38,693 nt of DNA from a virus. Lineage: Duplodnaviria > Caudoviricetes. A program made the translations under genes and the position numbers. Under the pieces are notes generated by a model. That model saw nothing but the letters and a program-made list of their open reading frames with translations. It did not search any database and was not told the DNA's origin. This document shows, piece by piece, positions 1 to 7,594 of this stretch. How positions within the stretch are numbered: the first letter of the stretch is position 1; every line of letters starts with the position of its first letter. Where the stretch lies: IMG/VR virus record IMGVR_UViG_3300032244_000449, positions 1 through 38,693 of that record; one strand, written 5' to 3'.

Positions 1-30
1 GGCGGGCAGGGGGGCGGGCAGGGGGGGGGC
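1..30 (+). repeat. G-rich tandem repeat (GGCGGGCAGGGG x2) with four G-tracts
   Basis: G runs at 4-6, 9-14, 16-18 and 21-29. Confidence 0.85.
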
Positions 31-120
31 GCGCCCTGGTCAGCGGGCCAGTAACGTGCCACAGCGCCTGGCCGCGGTCGAAAAACGGGCAAATTGAGGG
101 CAAATTGCCCCCCTCCGCTA

Positions 121-206
121 GACCCTGGCCGGACCCTGGCCGGACCCCATCCGGACCCCGTCAAACCACATTCAATTCAAACCTAGCCGGACCCTGGCCG
201 GACCCC
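121..206 (+). repeat. 11-bp tandem repeats GACCCTGGCCG in two clusters
   Basis: Exact units at 121-131, 132-142 and 190-200; degenerate or partial units at 143-153, 154-160, ~180-189 and 201-206. Confidence 0.85.
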
Positions 207-343
207 AATGTTTTGTCGGCTGAGTTTTTGTCGGCAGGCATTGCTGCACGTTTTTGCCTGCGCCAATCCCGTGAATGTCGCGGCGCAAACACGGCATTGA
301 TGAGTGTGCTGTTTCCGCATTGCTGCGAGTTGTTGTGCAGGGT

Positions 344-1624
344 TCATATCGACTCCACCATCTGAATTCTTTTTCCGATCCAGTGCATTACTGGAACTGC
401 CATGCTGTTTCCGAGAGCTTTATATCGAGGACCGTCCGGAGTATTTTTTCCACTAGGTTTTATGTCGGTGTAATCATCCGGAAATCCTTGTAGGCGTTCG
501 CATTCGCGCGGTGTAAGGCGCCGGACTTGCATTGCAGTGCGTATGTTGTGGCGTTGCGCTGTATTGAGCGCGGGACTGATGCCATCAATACTGTAAACCC
601 TGTCTTGGCAATAGTCGTGAGTGTAATGCTCTGCCGATACCGCAACAGAATTCTCGTCAATTCTTAATTGCAACACTGATGCATTGCCACCTTGTGTATC
701 TCCTTGGATGCACAAGGTTGGAACAATTTCTGTGCTAACAGTTTGATTATAGGTATCAAACGCAACTGCCATTGGGTTTTTTGCTTGCAGCGTCTGAGTG
801 AGGTTTTCATCAGTTTGTGGGTTGGACATCTGCGCCCCAAAACTAATCGGTACTGATGTAATACCTTTCCCTGTTCCATCTACAGGAACTATGGCTCCCT
901 CCTCAACATCTCTGGCACCCAAAGCGTTGAACATTCTCGCCGTAATGGTTCCAATCAAATGTCCGTTTGAGATGCTTTGATGAGTGAGTTTTCCTGATCC
1001 ACATTGCGTGTCGAGACTTCCTGCAACGCTTGGTAAAGCGCAGGAGGAAGAGATTTTCCTCTTTTTGCTGCTCGGCGCAGAATTCCCGCGCAAGCTTTCG
1101 GACTCAAATAAAACCGCTGCGGCACATCTCCAGTTTCCAACGTATCCGACAACAAAAACACGGCGGCGTCTTTGGGCGACTCCGAAATACTGAGCGTCAA
1201 GAACTCTGTATGCGAACCCATACCCGAGTTCGCCCAACATCCCGAGAAAGGCACCAAAATCCCGTCCTCCGTTTGATGACAGGACACCGGGGACGTTTTC
1301 CCAAACCAACCAACGGGGCCGCAATCGTTTAGCAAGCGCACCGAACTCGAGCATGAGGTTGCCACGCGGATCATCCAATCCAGCTCGCAATCCTGCGATT
1401 GAGAATGACTGGCAGGGTGTTCCTCCGACAAGAACATCGATAGCTGCATATTGTCCGGCCTCTATAGTTGTGAAATCTCCATGAAGTGGGATTTCTGGAT
1501 AATGGTGCGAAAGCAATTGACGCGGGAACTTGTCTATCTCACTAAAAAAACATGGTTTCCATCCTAGCGGATGCCAGGCAACTGTGGCTGCTTCAATGCC
1601 ACTACAAACTGATCCGTATTTCAT
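344..1624 (-). CDS. DNA (cytosine-5)-methyltransferase
   Basis: Motif I SVCSGIEA, IV GGTPCQSFS, VI WENVPG, VIII QRRRRVF, IX RRLTPRECERLQGFP, X RYKALGNS; ATG at 1624 overlaps the upstream stop (ATGA). Confidence 0.95.
   Translation of the reverse strand: MKYGSVCSGIEAATVAWHPLGWKPCFFSEIDKFPRQLLSHHYPEIPLHGDFTTIEAGQYAAIDVLVGGTPCQSFSIAGLRAGLDDPRGNLMLEFGALAKRLRPRWLVWENVPGVLSSNGGRDFGAFLGMLGELGYGFAYRVLDAQYFGVAQRRRRVFVVGYVGNWRCAAAVLFESESLRGNSAPSSKKRKISSSCALPSVAGSLDTQCGSGKLTHQSISNGHLIGTITARMFNALGARDVEEGAIVPVDGTGKGITSVPISFGAQMSNPQTDENLTQTLQAKNPMAVAFDTYNQTVSTEIVPTLCIQGDTQGGNASVLQLRIDENSVAVSAEHYTHDYCQDRVYSIDGISPALNTAQRHNIRTAMQVRRLTPRECERLQGFPDDYTDIKPSGKNTPDGPRYKALGNSMAVPVMHWIGKRIQMVESI
955..1449 (-). CDS. 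Nested alternative-frame ORF, M.EcoHK31I beta-polypeptide-like methyltransferase partner
   Basis: 164-aa ATG ORF in the +1 frame inside the MTase gene; C-terminus LSDTLETGDVPQRFYLSPKACAGILRRAAKRGKSLP recalled as typical of such nested ORFs. Confidence 0.65.
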   Translation of the reverse strand: MQLSMFLSEEHPASHSQSQDCELDWMIRVATSCSSSVRLLNDCGPVGWFGKTSPVSCHQTEDGILVPFSGCWANSGMGSHTEFLTLSISESPKDAAVFLLSDTLETGDVPQRFYLSPKACAGILRRAAKRGKSLPPALYQALQEVSTRNVDQENSLIKASQTDI

Positions 1625-1815
1625 TCGCATTTCCTTAGGTTTTTTCTTGCAAAGATTCTGCCGTGAATTTCCACATACTCGTATTCATCATTGCTGAGTC
1701 CAATGCATTCGCATTCAGAATAATGAGCATCATGTATTTCACATATTGGATCGCCGCACATTTCGCATTCATAAAGATTTGGAAGAACTAACTCTTGCCA
1801 GTCGTTTTCAATCAT
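1621..1815 (-). CDS. Small Cys/His-rich acidic hypothetical protein (possible Zn binder)
   Basis: CEMC...CEIH..H...CEC; ATGA overlaps at both ends. Confidence 0.75.
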   Translation of the reverse strand: MIENDWQELVLPNLYECEMCGDPICEIHDAHYSECECIGLSNDEYEYVEIHGRIFARKNLRKCE

Positions 1816-2561
1816 CTTGACCCCTTTGGCTTAATAGCCTCATACATATTTCGAGTCATCGCGCCATACAGGTTGTTGTTAATCGTCCTGACCGTAGGCA
1901 CCAAAAGAAACTGGGTCTTTTTGATTTTGGTTTTGTCGATCAACAACCAAGCCGGAACGTATTTGTTCCCCTTTTTGATCAAAATCCATTGGATACCGGC
2001 TCGCTTGCCGGTGACTTTCAAAGTTTTGAACGATGAACTGACAGAAACCCACACGCGCCGGACAACGCCATTTCGCTTGAATTCTCGTCTGACGCCGGAT
2101 TGCCGATGTGTTTCGACCGTTCCTTTTTCGTTGGTAACCGGCTTTGCACTTCCGAGCAGGGCTTTCGGTTTCATGTTTTGTGGAATCAGTGCCTTTGATC
2201 CACGGGGAAAAACTGATTTCCAGGGCACCGCGATATGTTCGCCATCCTCCGGAGCCTTGATCCCGCCAAACTCCTGGCGAGTCATAAACGGTCGCCGTCC
2301 ACCCGAGTCGAGCGAGTAAATCGCACTCCACAAACCCGATTTGGTTGCGGTTTTGATCCGGATACCGTTCGCGATCCACGGTCGCCTCACGATGAACTTA
2401 CGCGGCAGATCGGCTCGCACTGCCGCCTGGGACTTCTGCGCCATCTCAGTCAGAGTCTTTGCCATCGCAAAGCGAAAATTGGATGCAGTCATCTTCTGCT
2501 GGAAGTTTCGCCGCGCAACCGCGAACTCTCTCGAAAAGTCCAGCCGGACCTCAGTTCCCAT
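1812..2561 (-). CDS. Basic gpZ-like (tail completion / neck) protein
   Basis: N-terminal FAMAKTLTEMAQ...RPWIANGIRIKTATK pattern, very basic; no Z-like gene in the head-tail block; start chosen at ATG 2561 after GGAG. Confidence 0.55.
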   Translation of the reverse strand: MGTEVRLDFSREFAVARRNFQQKMTASNFRFAMAKTLTEMAQKSQAAVRADLPRKFIVRRPWIANGIRIKTATKSGLWSAIYSLDSGGRRPFMTRQEFGGIKAPEDGEHIAVPWKSVFPRGSKALIPQNMKPKALLGSAKPVTNEKGTVETHRQSGVRREFKRNGVVRRVWVSVSSSFKTLKVTGKRAGIQWILIKKGNKYVPAWLLIDKTKIKKTQFLLVPTVRTINNNLYGAMTRNMYEAIKPKGSR

Positions 2562-2739
2562 GACGATCTCCGCGATCCAAAAAGATGCACTCATTCTGAT
2601 GGGTAACGCCCGCCGCGTCGATGTAGTGTTCGCCGCAGCCCGCAGCCCACTCGATCATCACGCCAGCGGCCAACACGCCGAGCGCAGCAAACAACAGGCA
2701 GCACAAAATTTGATCCCGCAGCGGTTCTTTTTGGTTCAT
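2551..2739 (-). CDS. Small membrane-anchored hypothetical protein
   Basis: Hydrophobic ILCCLLFAALGVLAAGVMI followed by GCGEHY; first gene after the promoter; GGAG upstream. Confidence 0.7.
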   Translation of the reverse strand: MNQKEPLRDQILCCLLFAALGVLAAGVMIEWAAGCGEHYIDAAGVTHQNECIFLDRGDRHGN

Positions 2740-2766
2740 CTCACGATCTCCAGTGATGGTCCGCAG

Positions 2767-2795
2767 AGACTAGTACGGTTGCGCTAAGGTGTCAA
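2767..2795 (-). promoter_or_regulatory. Sigma70-type promoter
   Basis: Minus strand TTGACA (2795-2790), 17-nt spacer, TAGTCT (2772-2767). Confidence 0.75.
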
Positions 2796-2802
2796 ATCTG
2801 AG

Positions 2803-3049
2803 TTTCTAACGGTCTGAAACCAACCGTAAGTAAAACGTAAGTTGCAAGTGATTGATTTCAAAGCCTTCTTACACTACTTACACTTCTAACAGATATATAT
2901 ATATATACATGAGAGATTGTGTGTGTGTCTTAACGTATCTGTGTGTGTGTGTCCTATATATATATTATGTTTCCGCGTTAGAAACGTAAGAACCGTTAGG
3001 TCATTGATTTTAAAGGCTGAATTTCTAACGCTTCTTACGCTTCTTACGG
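2803..3049. other. Putative replication origin (iterons, IHF-like sites, AT/GT microsatellite core)
   Basis: Non-coding, AT-rich, directly after primase-helicase; 9-bp-phased CTWAC/GTWAG triplets; WATCAANNNNTTR match at 2845-2857 on the minus strand. Confidence 0.65.
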
Positions 3050-3056
3050 TCCGGCC

Positions 3057-5417
3057 TTAGATTTTCACCCAAACTGCCCGACTTTCCGATCCCGAGAATC
3101 CGAAATACGTCACGCCAGCCGCGCGCGATTCTGGAAGCCTGCGGAGGATTTTCGACCAGTTCACGGCCCAGGGTGTGGACCGTAAGAGGCGTTTGATGCC
3201 ATCTGCTGAGTTGGAAATCAGGACTCCACCCCCCTCGACCTTGATCCCAAGGCGGCCCAAAGTGCGTGTCGCGATCTCCGAATCGAACTCAGAATGACGC
3301 ACTTCATCGACCAGCTCACCTATCGTCCGGTCCCTCTGGCCGGTCCCGGTTGTCACTTTGACGATCTGCTGGAGCAGGAAATCGACCAGAGATTTCTCAT
3401 CCGACTGACTCTGAACCTCCTGTTTCTGATCGGTCCAATCGTGGCGCGCGACCCATTCAGATGCCTCATCGAAACTCACCAGGTCATCCGATCTGAGCGA
3501 CCATGCACCGGCCAGAAGAGTGCCGATTTGGTCCCCGGCGCGTTGCTCTGACATCACCGCAGCGACAGCGCGGGCGAACGTCGAGGAGTTGCTCCTGATG
3601 ACGCTGGCAAGCCTGATGGACCGCGCGTAGAAGCGTTGGATGAAGCGTTCATCGAGCAGTCTGGCTTCCGCAGCCAGAAGCGTCTCAAAAGGCGTGACGC
3701 GGCGATCCTGGCGCAGTTCTAGCACGGTCACGCGACTGCGGTCGGACTGCTGAACCAGACTCGCGTTGATCGATGAGAAGGCAAAGCAGGAGCGAATCTG
3801 GAAGCTCTGGGCGGTGCCAGACACGGTGCCTTTGGCGATGCGCCCGCCGGTTTCACTCGATGACTGCCTGACCAGAGTCAGGATGCGTTGCAGCCGGTCC
3901 TGGGAGCGTTGATCCTCGCCTTCAGCCTCATCAAACAGCACGGGCAGTGCATCGTGGCGCAGACTCTGCCGGACCCCGGCTTCCGTTGTCTCACTGACAA
4001 CGAACAGGCAGTTGTCCCCGAGGATAGGCCGGATAATCTGGGACATAACGTGCGACTTTCCGGAGCCTTTCGACCCGACAACCCATAGGTGCGGTCGCCA
4101 CGGCAGCACCCCGCCAATGTGAGCCAGCGCGCACCATCCCGCGAGATAAAGCGCATCCATGTCAGTGCCCCAAGGCAACATCGTCACCAGATCAAGGAAC
4201 TGGGATGCCTCGCCTGCTGTCAGTGGATTGTCGATCTGCGAGCGCAATGGAAGCGCGCGTTCATATACAAATCGGCTGCGAATTTCGACCGGCGAGGTAG
4301 GCGTGGAATCCACATATAGCCGGTCCCCGCAGTGCAGCACCGTCCGGCCATCGTCATGCCATGCACCGCGACCGCGAAGGATTTCCGGAGAGAAGATTCC
4401 GCGCCTGGCACATAGGCGCATCATCGTGTCGGCAGCCGTATCCCAATCGACGCCGGTTTTGGCAGGAAACTCTCTCTGCCAGTATTGCAACGGCGCGATG
4501 GTAAACAGGTTCATTTTGTTGTGCGCCGGACCCGTCAGAGCAATCACTTGCTGCGTTTCAAGCGAGAGGTAGTAGTACGTTCCGATGTTGAAACCTAACG
4601 CGCGGAAAGGAACCTCAAAATCCTCAGTGGCAGGAACATCAGTTCCAGGCTGAGTCTGATGAGCATCGCCGGGATCAAAATGAGAAGCGTTGCGACACAG
4701 AGCAGCAAGAGCATCGCGACCATTGCCAGCGGCCAGCCAATCAGAAGCATCGCCTTTTGGAGCCAAGCCGGGAAGTTCGACAATGCGGATGGTTTTTGCG
4801 ATGCCGTGGAGCGCCGACGCGACGATCTGCGCGTGTTGCCTTCCCGGCTCATCGTTGTCTGGCAGGATGATGATATGTCGATCTCGCAGGGATTCCGAGT
4901 ATCGCCGGTCCCATTTTCCTGCTCCTCCGGCGTTGCACGTTGCGATACAACCAATTTGAGCGAGGGCGGCAACATCTTTTTCTCCTTCGACAACGAAAAT
5001 CGATTTCGCTGGATCAGCCTGCATCACTGCGGGTAGATTGAACAGAATACGCTCAGATGCTGGGACTGACCAACTCCAACCGCCATTGCCATCCGGTCGG
5101 CGTTGCCGGAAATCTTTTGGCAGATATCGGACAACCTGGAATTTGATCTCCCCAGTGTCAGCATCGATGTAGTCATAAGTGGAGACGATTTCTTTTTTCG
5201 CGGGTTTTGGTTTGGTAGCCCACAGATTCATGCCTTTCAGACGCTCGATGACAACGTCCTGCTGGCACCCGGCATGGCAATGCACCAGAACCTTGCCATC
5301 CGAATCTGTCAGAGACAGAGAAGGCGTCGAATCGTCATGGGCGGGGCACAATGCGACCCAGCCGCCATTTCCGGCGCGAGCTTTCCCGAGAACGTCCGCA
5401 ATTGATGCAGCATCCAT
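3057..5417 (-). CDS. Primase-helicase (Zn finger + TOPRIM + P-loop helicase)
   Basis: CPAHDD...HCHAGC, TOPRIM VEGEKD and PDND, Walker A GSKGSGKS, Walker B VLFDEAE; SD GAGGTG. Confidence 0.9.
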   Translation of the reverse strand: MDAASIADVLGKARAGNGGWVALCPAHDDSTPSLSLTDSDGKVLVHCHAGCQQDVVIERLKGMNLWATKPKPAKKEIVSTYDYIDADTGEIKFQVVRYLPKDFRQRRPDGNGGWSWSVPASERILFNLPAVMQADPAKSIFVVEGEKDVAALAQIGCIATCNAGGAGKWDRRYSESLRDRHIIILPDNDEPGRQHAQIVASALHGIAKTIRIVELPGLAPKGDASDWLAAGNGRDALAALCRNASHFDPGDAHQTQPGTDVPATEDFEVPFRALGFNIGTYYYLSLETQQVIALTGPAHNKMNLFTIAPLQYWQREFPAKTGVDWDTAADTMMRLCARRGIFSPEILRGRGAWHDDGRTVLHCGDRLYVDSTPTSPVEIRSRFVYERALPLRSQIDNPLTAGEASQFLDLVTMLPWGTDMDALYLAGWCALAHIGGVLPWRPHLWVVGSKGSGKSHVMSQIIRPILGDNCLFVVSETTEAGVRQSLRHDALPVLFDEAEGEDQRSQDRLQRILTLVRQSSSETGGRIAKGTVSGTAQSFQIRSCFAFSSINASLVQQSDRSRVTVLELRQDRRVTPFETLLAAEARLLDERFIQRFYARSIRLASVIRSNSSTFARAVAAVMSEQRAGDQIGTLLAGAWSLRSDDLVSFDEASEWVARHDWTDQKQEVQSQSDEKSLVDFLLQQIVKVTTGTGQRDRTIGELVDEVRHSEFDSEIATRTLGRLGIKVEGGGVLISNSADGIKRLLRSTPWAVNWSKILRRLPESRAAGVTYFGFSGSESRAVWVKI

Positions 5418-5442
5418 GAATCACCTCATTTTTTTTGGAATC

Positions 5443-5634
5443 TCAGGCGCGGAATTTTTCCGCGAGTTGGTGCAGAAGCACCAGTGTCGGTCCCTGAGCC
5501 GCAGTTCGACCTGATTCCCAGTTATTAACGGTCTGCCGCGTGACGGCAAGCTCCCGCGCAAACTGGGTGACATTCAATTCCATGCTTTCTCTGATCTCGC
5601 GAATTCGTTCGCGAGACATGGGGTCGATGTTCAT
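5443..5634 (-). CDS. XRE-family helix-turn-helix regulator (Cro-like)
   Basis: IREIRESMELNVTQFARELAVTRQTVNNWESGR. Confidence 0.88.
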   Translation of the reverse strand: MNIDPMSRERIREIRESMELNVTQFARELAVTRQTVNNWESGRTAAQGPTLVLLHQLAEKFRA

Positions 5635-5720
5635 TCGATCACCACTGGTTGGGTTTCAAAAACATAGGCTGACCAAATCCAGATCATGCCCGCCCCAAAC
5701 AGAAAATCTTGGAGCGTCAT
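5631..5720 (-). CDS. 29-aa hydrophobic microprotein (not in ORF track)
   Basis: MTLQDFLFGAGMIWIWSAYVFETQPVVIE; ATGA overlaps with both neighbours and fills the gap exactly. Confidence 0.65.
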   Translation of the reverse strand: MTLQDFLFGAGMIWIWSAYVFETQPVVIE

Positions 5721-5908
5721 CGCTCACCCCTTGCGCGGATGGCTACGGCGCAGGCTCTAACTGAGCAAACCCAAGCGTTTCGCTCGTGGATGGTCATACC
5801 AAACCATGTCCACAACTCAATTTTGTCGCACTCTTTCGCACACGCCTCGCGCTCTGCTGCGACCGCAGCCCGCAGTTTCACGATCTCATCAGCAGCCACT
5901 TCCATCAC
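5717..5908 (-). CDS. Small hypothetical protein, EREACA-motif type
   Basis: AAVAAEREACAKEC...CAVAIRARGE; coupled to neighbours. Confidence 0.75.
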   Translation of the reverse strand: MMEVAADEIVKLRAAVAAEREACAKECDKIELWTWFGMTIHERNAWVCSVRACAVAIRARGER

Positions 5909-6072
5909 TTGAACCCCGCCTTCTTCTGATGGCAGGGGTTACATTTAATGCGCGGCTTGATCTGGTACAAATTATTTCGATTGCGAACCATCGAGCAATA
6001 GGGACAAACGACGGTCGTTGCCGCCTTGAGAAATGCTTCTGAAAATTCTTTCGAGAGTTTACTGTTGCTCAT
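5905..6072 (-). CDS. 55-aa zinc-ribbon protein (not in ORF track)
   Basis: MSNSKLS...CPYC-x17-CNPC...GFK; start and stop overlap the neighbours. Confidence 0.75.
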   Translation of the reverse strand: MSNSKLSKEFSEAFLKAATTVVCPYCSMVRNRNNLYQIKPRIKCNPCHQKKAGFK

Positions 6073-6338
6073 ATCTGCCTCATTGCGCGAAGCGATGCCG
6101 CCATGAAATCGGTGATGCGAGTCGCGATGTGATCGGTTTCGGGCGTGACACCGTGACTACCATCGATCTGAAGCCGACACCGCTCGATGTGTCGCGCGCA
6201 GGCTTCGCGCTCCGCAGCGGCAACAACCGCTGCAAAGTGCGCCAAGCAACTGCGATATCGAAACCCATCAAACGTCTCAGGTGTAGGAACGTCAATTCCG
6301 ACTGCACGGGCAAGCCCCATCAATTCATCAATTTTCAT
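6069..6338 (-). CDS. Small hypothetical protein, EREACA-motif type
   Basis: LAHFAAVVAAAEREACAR; ATGA coupling. Confidence 0.78.
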   Translation of the reverse strand: MKIDELMGLARAVGIDVPTPETFDGFRYRSCLAHFAAVVAAAEREACARHIERCRLQIDGSHGVTPETDHIATRITDFMAASLRAMRQI

Positions 6339-6625
6339 TGACGCTCTCCATACATCTGAAAGTCATCGCAGCAGCCAGACTTCTCCAAAGTCTGCTGGGC
6401 GACTGCGGGCATATCGTGCATTGAGAAATAGGCGTGTCGGATCACAGAGCGCAGCCGCTCGATCTCCAACATCGCCAGACCCAGATTAAGCACCGCGTTC
6501 GCAGGGACCGCACCATTTTGGTGGACGTGCCACCAGTGCGCCGCATCTTCGGGACTGCGGCGATCCAAGCTGTAGGTGCATTTCACGGCATGATGCCATT
6601 CCTTAGACCAGGACCACTCAATCAT
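6335..6625 (-). CDS. Hypothetical protein
   Basis: Start MIEWSW at 6625 overlaps the upstream stop (ATGA); AGGAAAGGA upstream. Confidence 0.7.
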   Translation of the reverse strand: MIEWSWSKEWHHAVKCTYSLDRRSPEDAAHWWHVHQNGAVPANAVLNLGLAMLEIERLRSVIRHAYFSMHDMPAVAQQTLEKSGCCDDFQMYGERQ

Positions 6626-6780
6626 TTTCCTTTCCTCGCTTGGTGTTTTCGTTTCACACATTCAACGCAGCTTTTGCTGGTCGTGTACCGCACTTGTGAT
6701 CCGCAAACAGAACACGGTTCACCAGCGAATTTGGTGATGCCATGCCGTTTCGCCTCCTTCAAGTTTGCTGCAACCGACAC
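6622..6780 (-). CDS. 52-aa zinc-finger protein (not in ORF track)
   Basis: GTG start after AAGGAGG; FAGEPCSVCGSQVRYTTSKSCVEC; stop overlaps the next ATG. Confidence 0.7.
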   Translation of the reverse strand: MSVAANLKEAKRHGITKFAGEPCSVCGSQVRYTTSKSCVECVKRKHQARKGK

Positions 6781-6980
6781 TTCGCCTCCTTCAGTTCCCG
6801 CAGTTTCGCCAAGAGACGATATTCCTCGTCTCTGTCTTCTTTTTCGATTGACCTCTGCCAGATGCGGTCTTGCGTCCGCGCGATGGCCTGGTCGATCAGG
6901 GAGAGGCTTGCAGCCGCTTCAACGATTGCCACCGGAAGTTCCTCCCGAGGCCGGTTCAGAGAGCCAGGTCGCCGTCCCAT
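6759..6980 (-). CDS. Hypothetical protein with N-terminal GRRPGS
   Basis: Fills the gap after VRR-NUC in the same operon. Confidence 0.6.
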   Translation of the reverse strand: MGRRPGSLNRPREELPVAIVEAAASLSLIDQAIARTQDRIWQRSIEKEDRDEEYRLLAKLRELKEAKCRLQQT

Positions 6981-6984
6981 GCAG

Positions 6985-7377
6985 TCACCCTAGTGGAAAA
7001 TGATTTGTCATGCAACCCCTCTCCGCATCTTCCACAGAACGGGCGAGGACTGCGATCCCGCCCGCGTTGTAAACGGCATCGAGGAATGCTTTCTGCTCGT
7101 CTGTCGCGCGCCCCTTGGAGGTCTTGACCTCGACTGCGGCGAACACTGCTACCCGCGATCCAACCATCTCTGGAGTGATCGTGATGGTCTTCCAGCCGAT
7201 TAGGTCGGATGATCCAGTGCAGAGTCCTGCATGGAGGACGCGCGGGTTTTTGATGAACACATCGTGCCCGCGCCGATGAATTTCACCGACCCAAGATTGC
7301 GCCACGTTGTTGCGAAAGAGCGTGAGCTTCTGCCCGAGGGCCAGCCTGATCTGCTGGAGCAGGGCAGACTCAGTCAC
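6985..7377 (-). CDS. VRR-NUC domain nuclease (putative Holliday junction resolvase)
   Basis: TESALLQQI, FRNNV, GSSDLIG, AVEVKTSKGRATDEQKAF...GG. Confidence 0.9.
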   Translation of the reverse strand: MTESALLQQIRLALGQKLTLFRNNVAQSWVGEIHRRGHDVFIKNPRVLHAGLCTGSSDLIGWKTITITPEMVGSRVAVFAAVEVKTSKGRATDEQKAFLDAVYNAGGIAVLARSVEDAERGCMTNHFPLG

Positions 7378-7594
7378 CTGTTTCCAGCTCGATCAACAGG
7401 TCGATGAAGTGCTGCGCCTTGCGAAGGTCTTCGATGCCGCCTTTCGAGCGCCATCGCGAGACATACTTTACTACGCAGCCTTCACAGAACCCGAGTGCAT
7501 TCCGGTGGATGAACTCAACCGGCTGGATCGCCATATCGCGGTAGTGGTCACCGGCAATTTGTGTGTCAAACGGATCATCAGAATGGGATGTCAT
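7370..7594 (-). CDS. DUF3310 / SaV-like protein
   Basis: QIAGDHY..IQPVEFI..GFCEGCVVKYVSRW..KGGIEDLRKA. Confidence 0.9.
   Translation of the reverse strand: MTSHSDDPFDTQIAGDHYRDMAIQPVEFIHRNALGFCEGCVVKYVSRWRSKGGIEDLRKAQHFIDLLIELETGD

Noticed and set aside
121-206. Possible CRISPR or mini-array
   Set aside because: Repeats are 11 bp and contiguous without unique spacers; no cas genes
105-493. Plus-strand ORFs 105-365 and 275-493
   Set aside because: The PWPDP repeats merely translate the 11-bp DNA repeats; no SD; partly antisense to the MTase
2551-2739. Lipoprotein / o-spanin
   Set aside because: The AAGC cysteine is at residue 35 with a Glu just before it, and the gene is far from the lysis cassette
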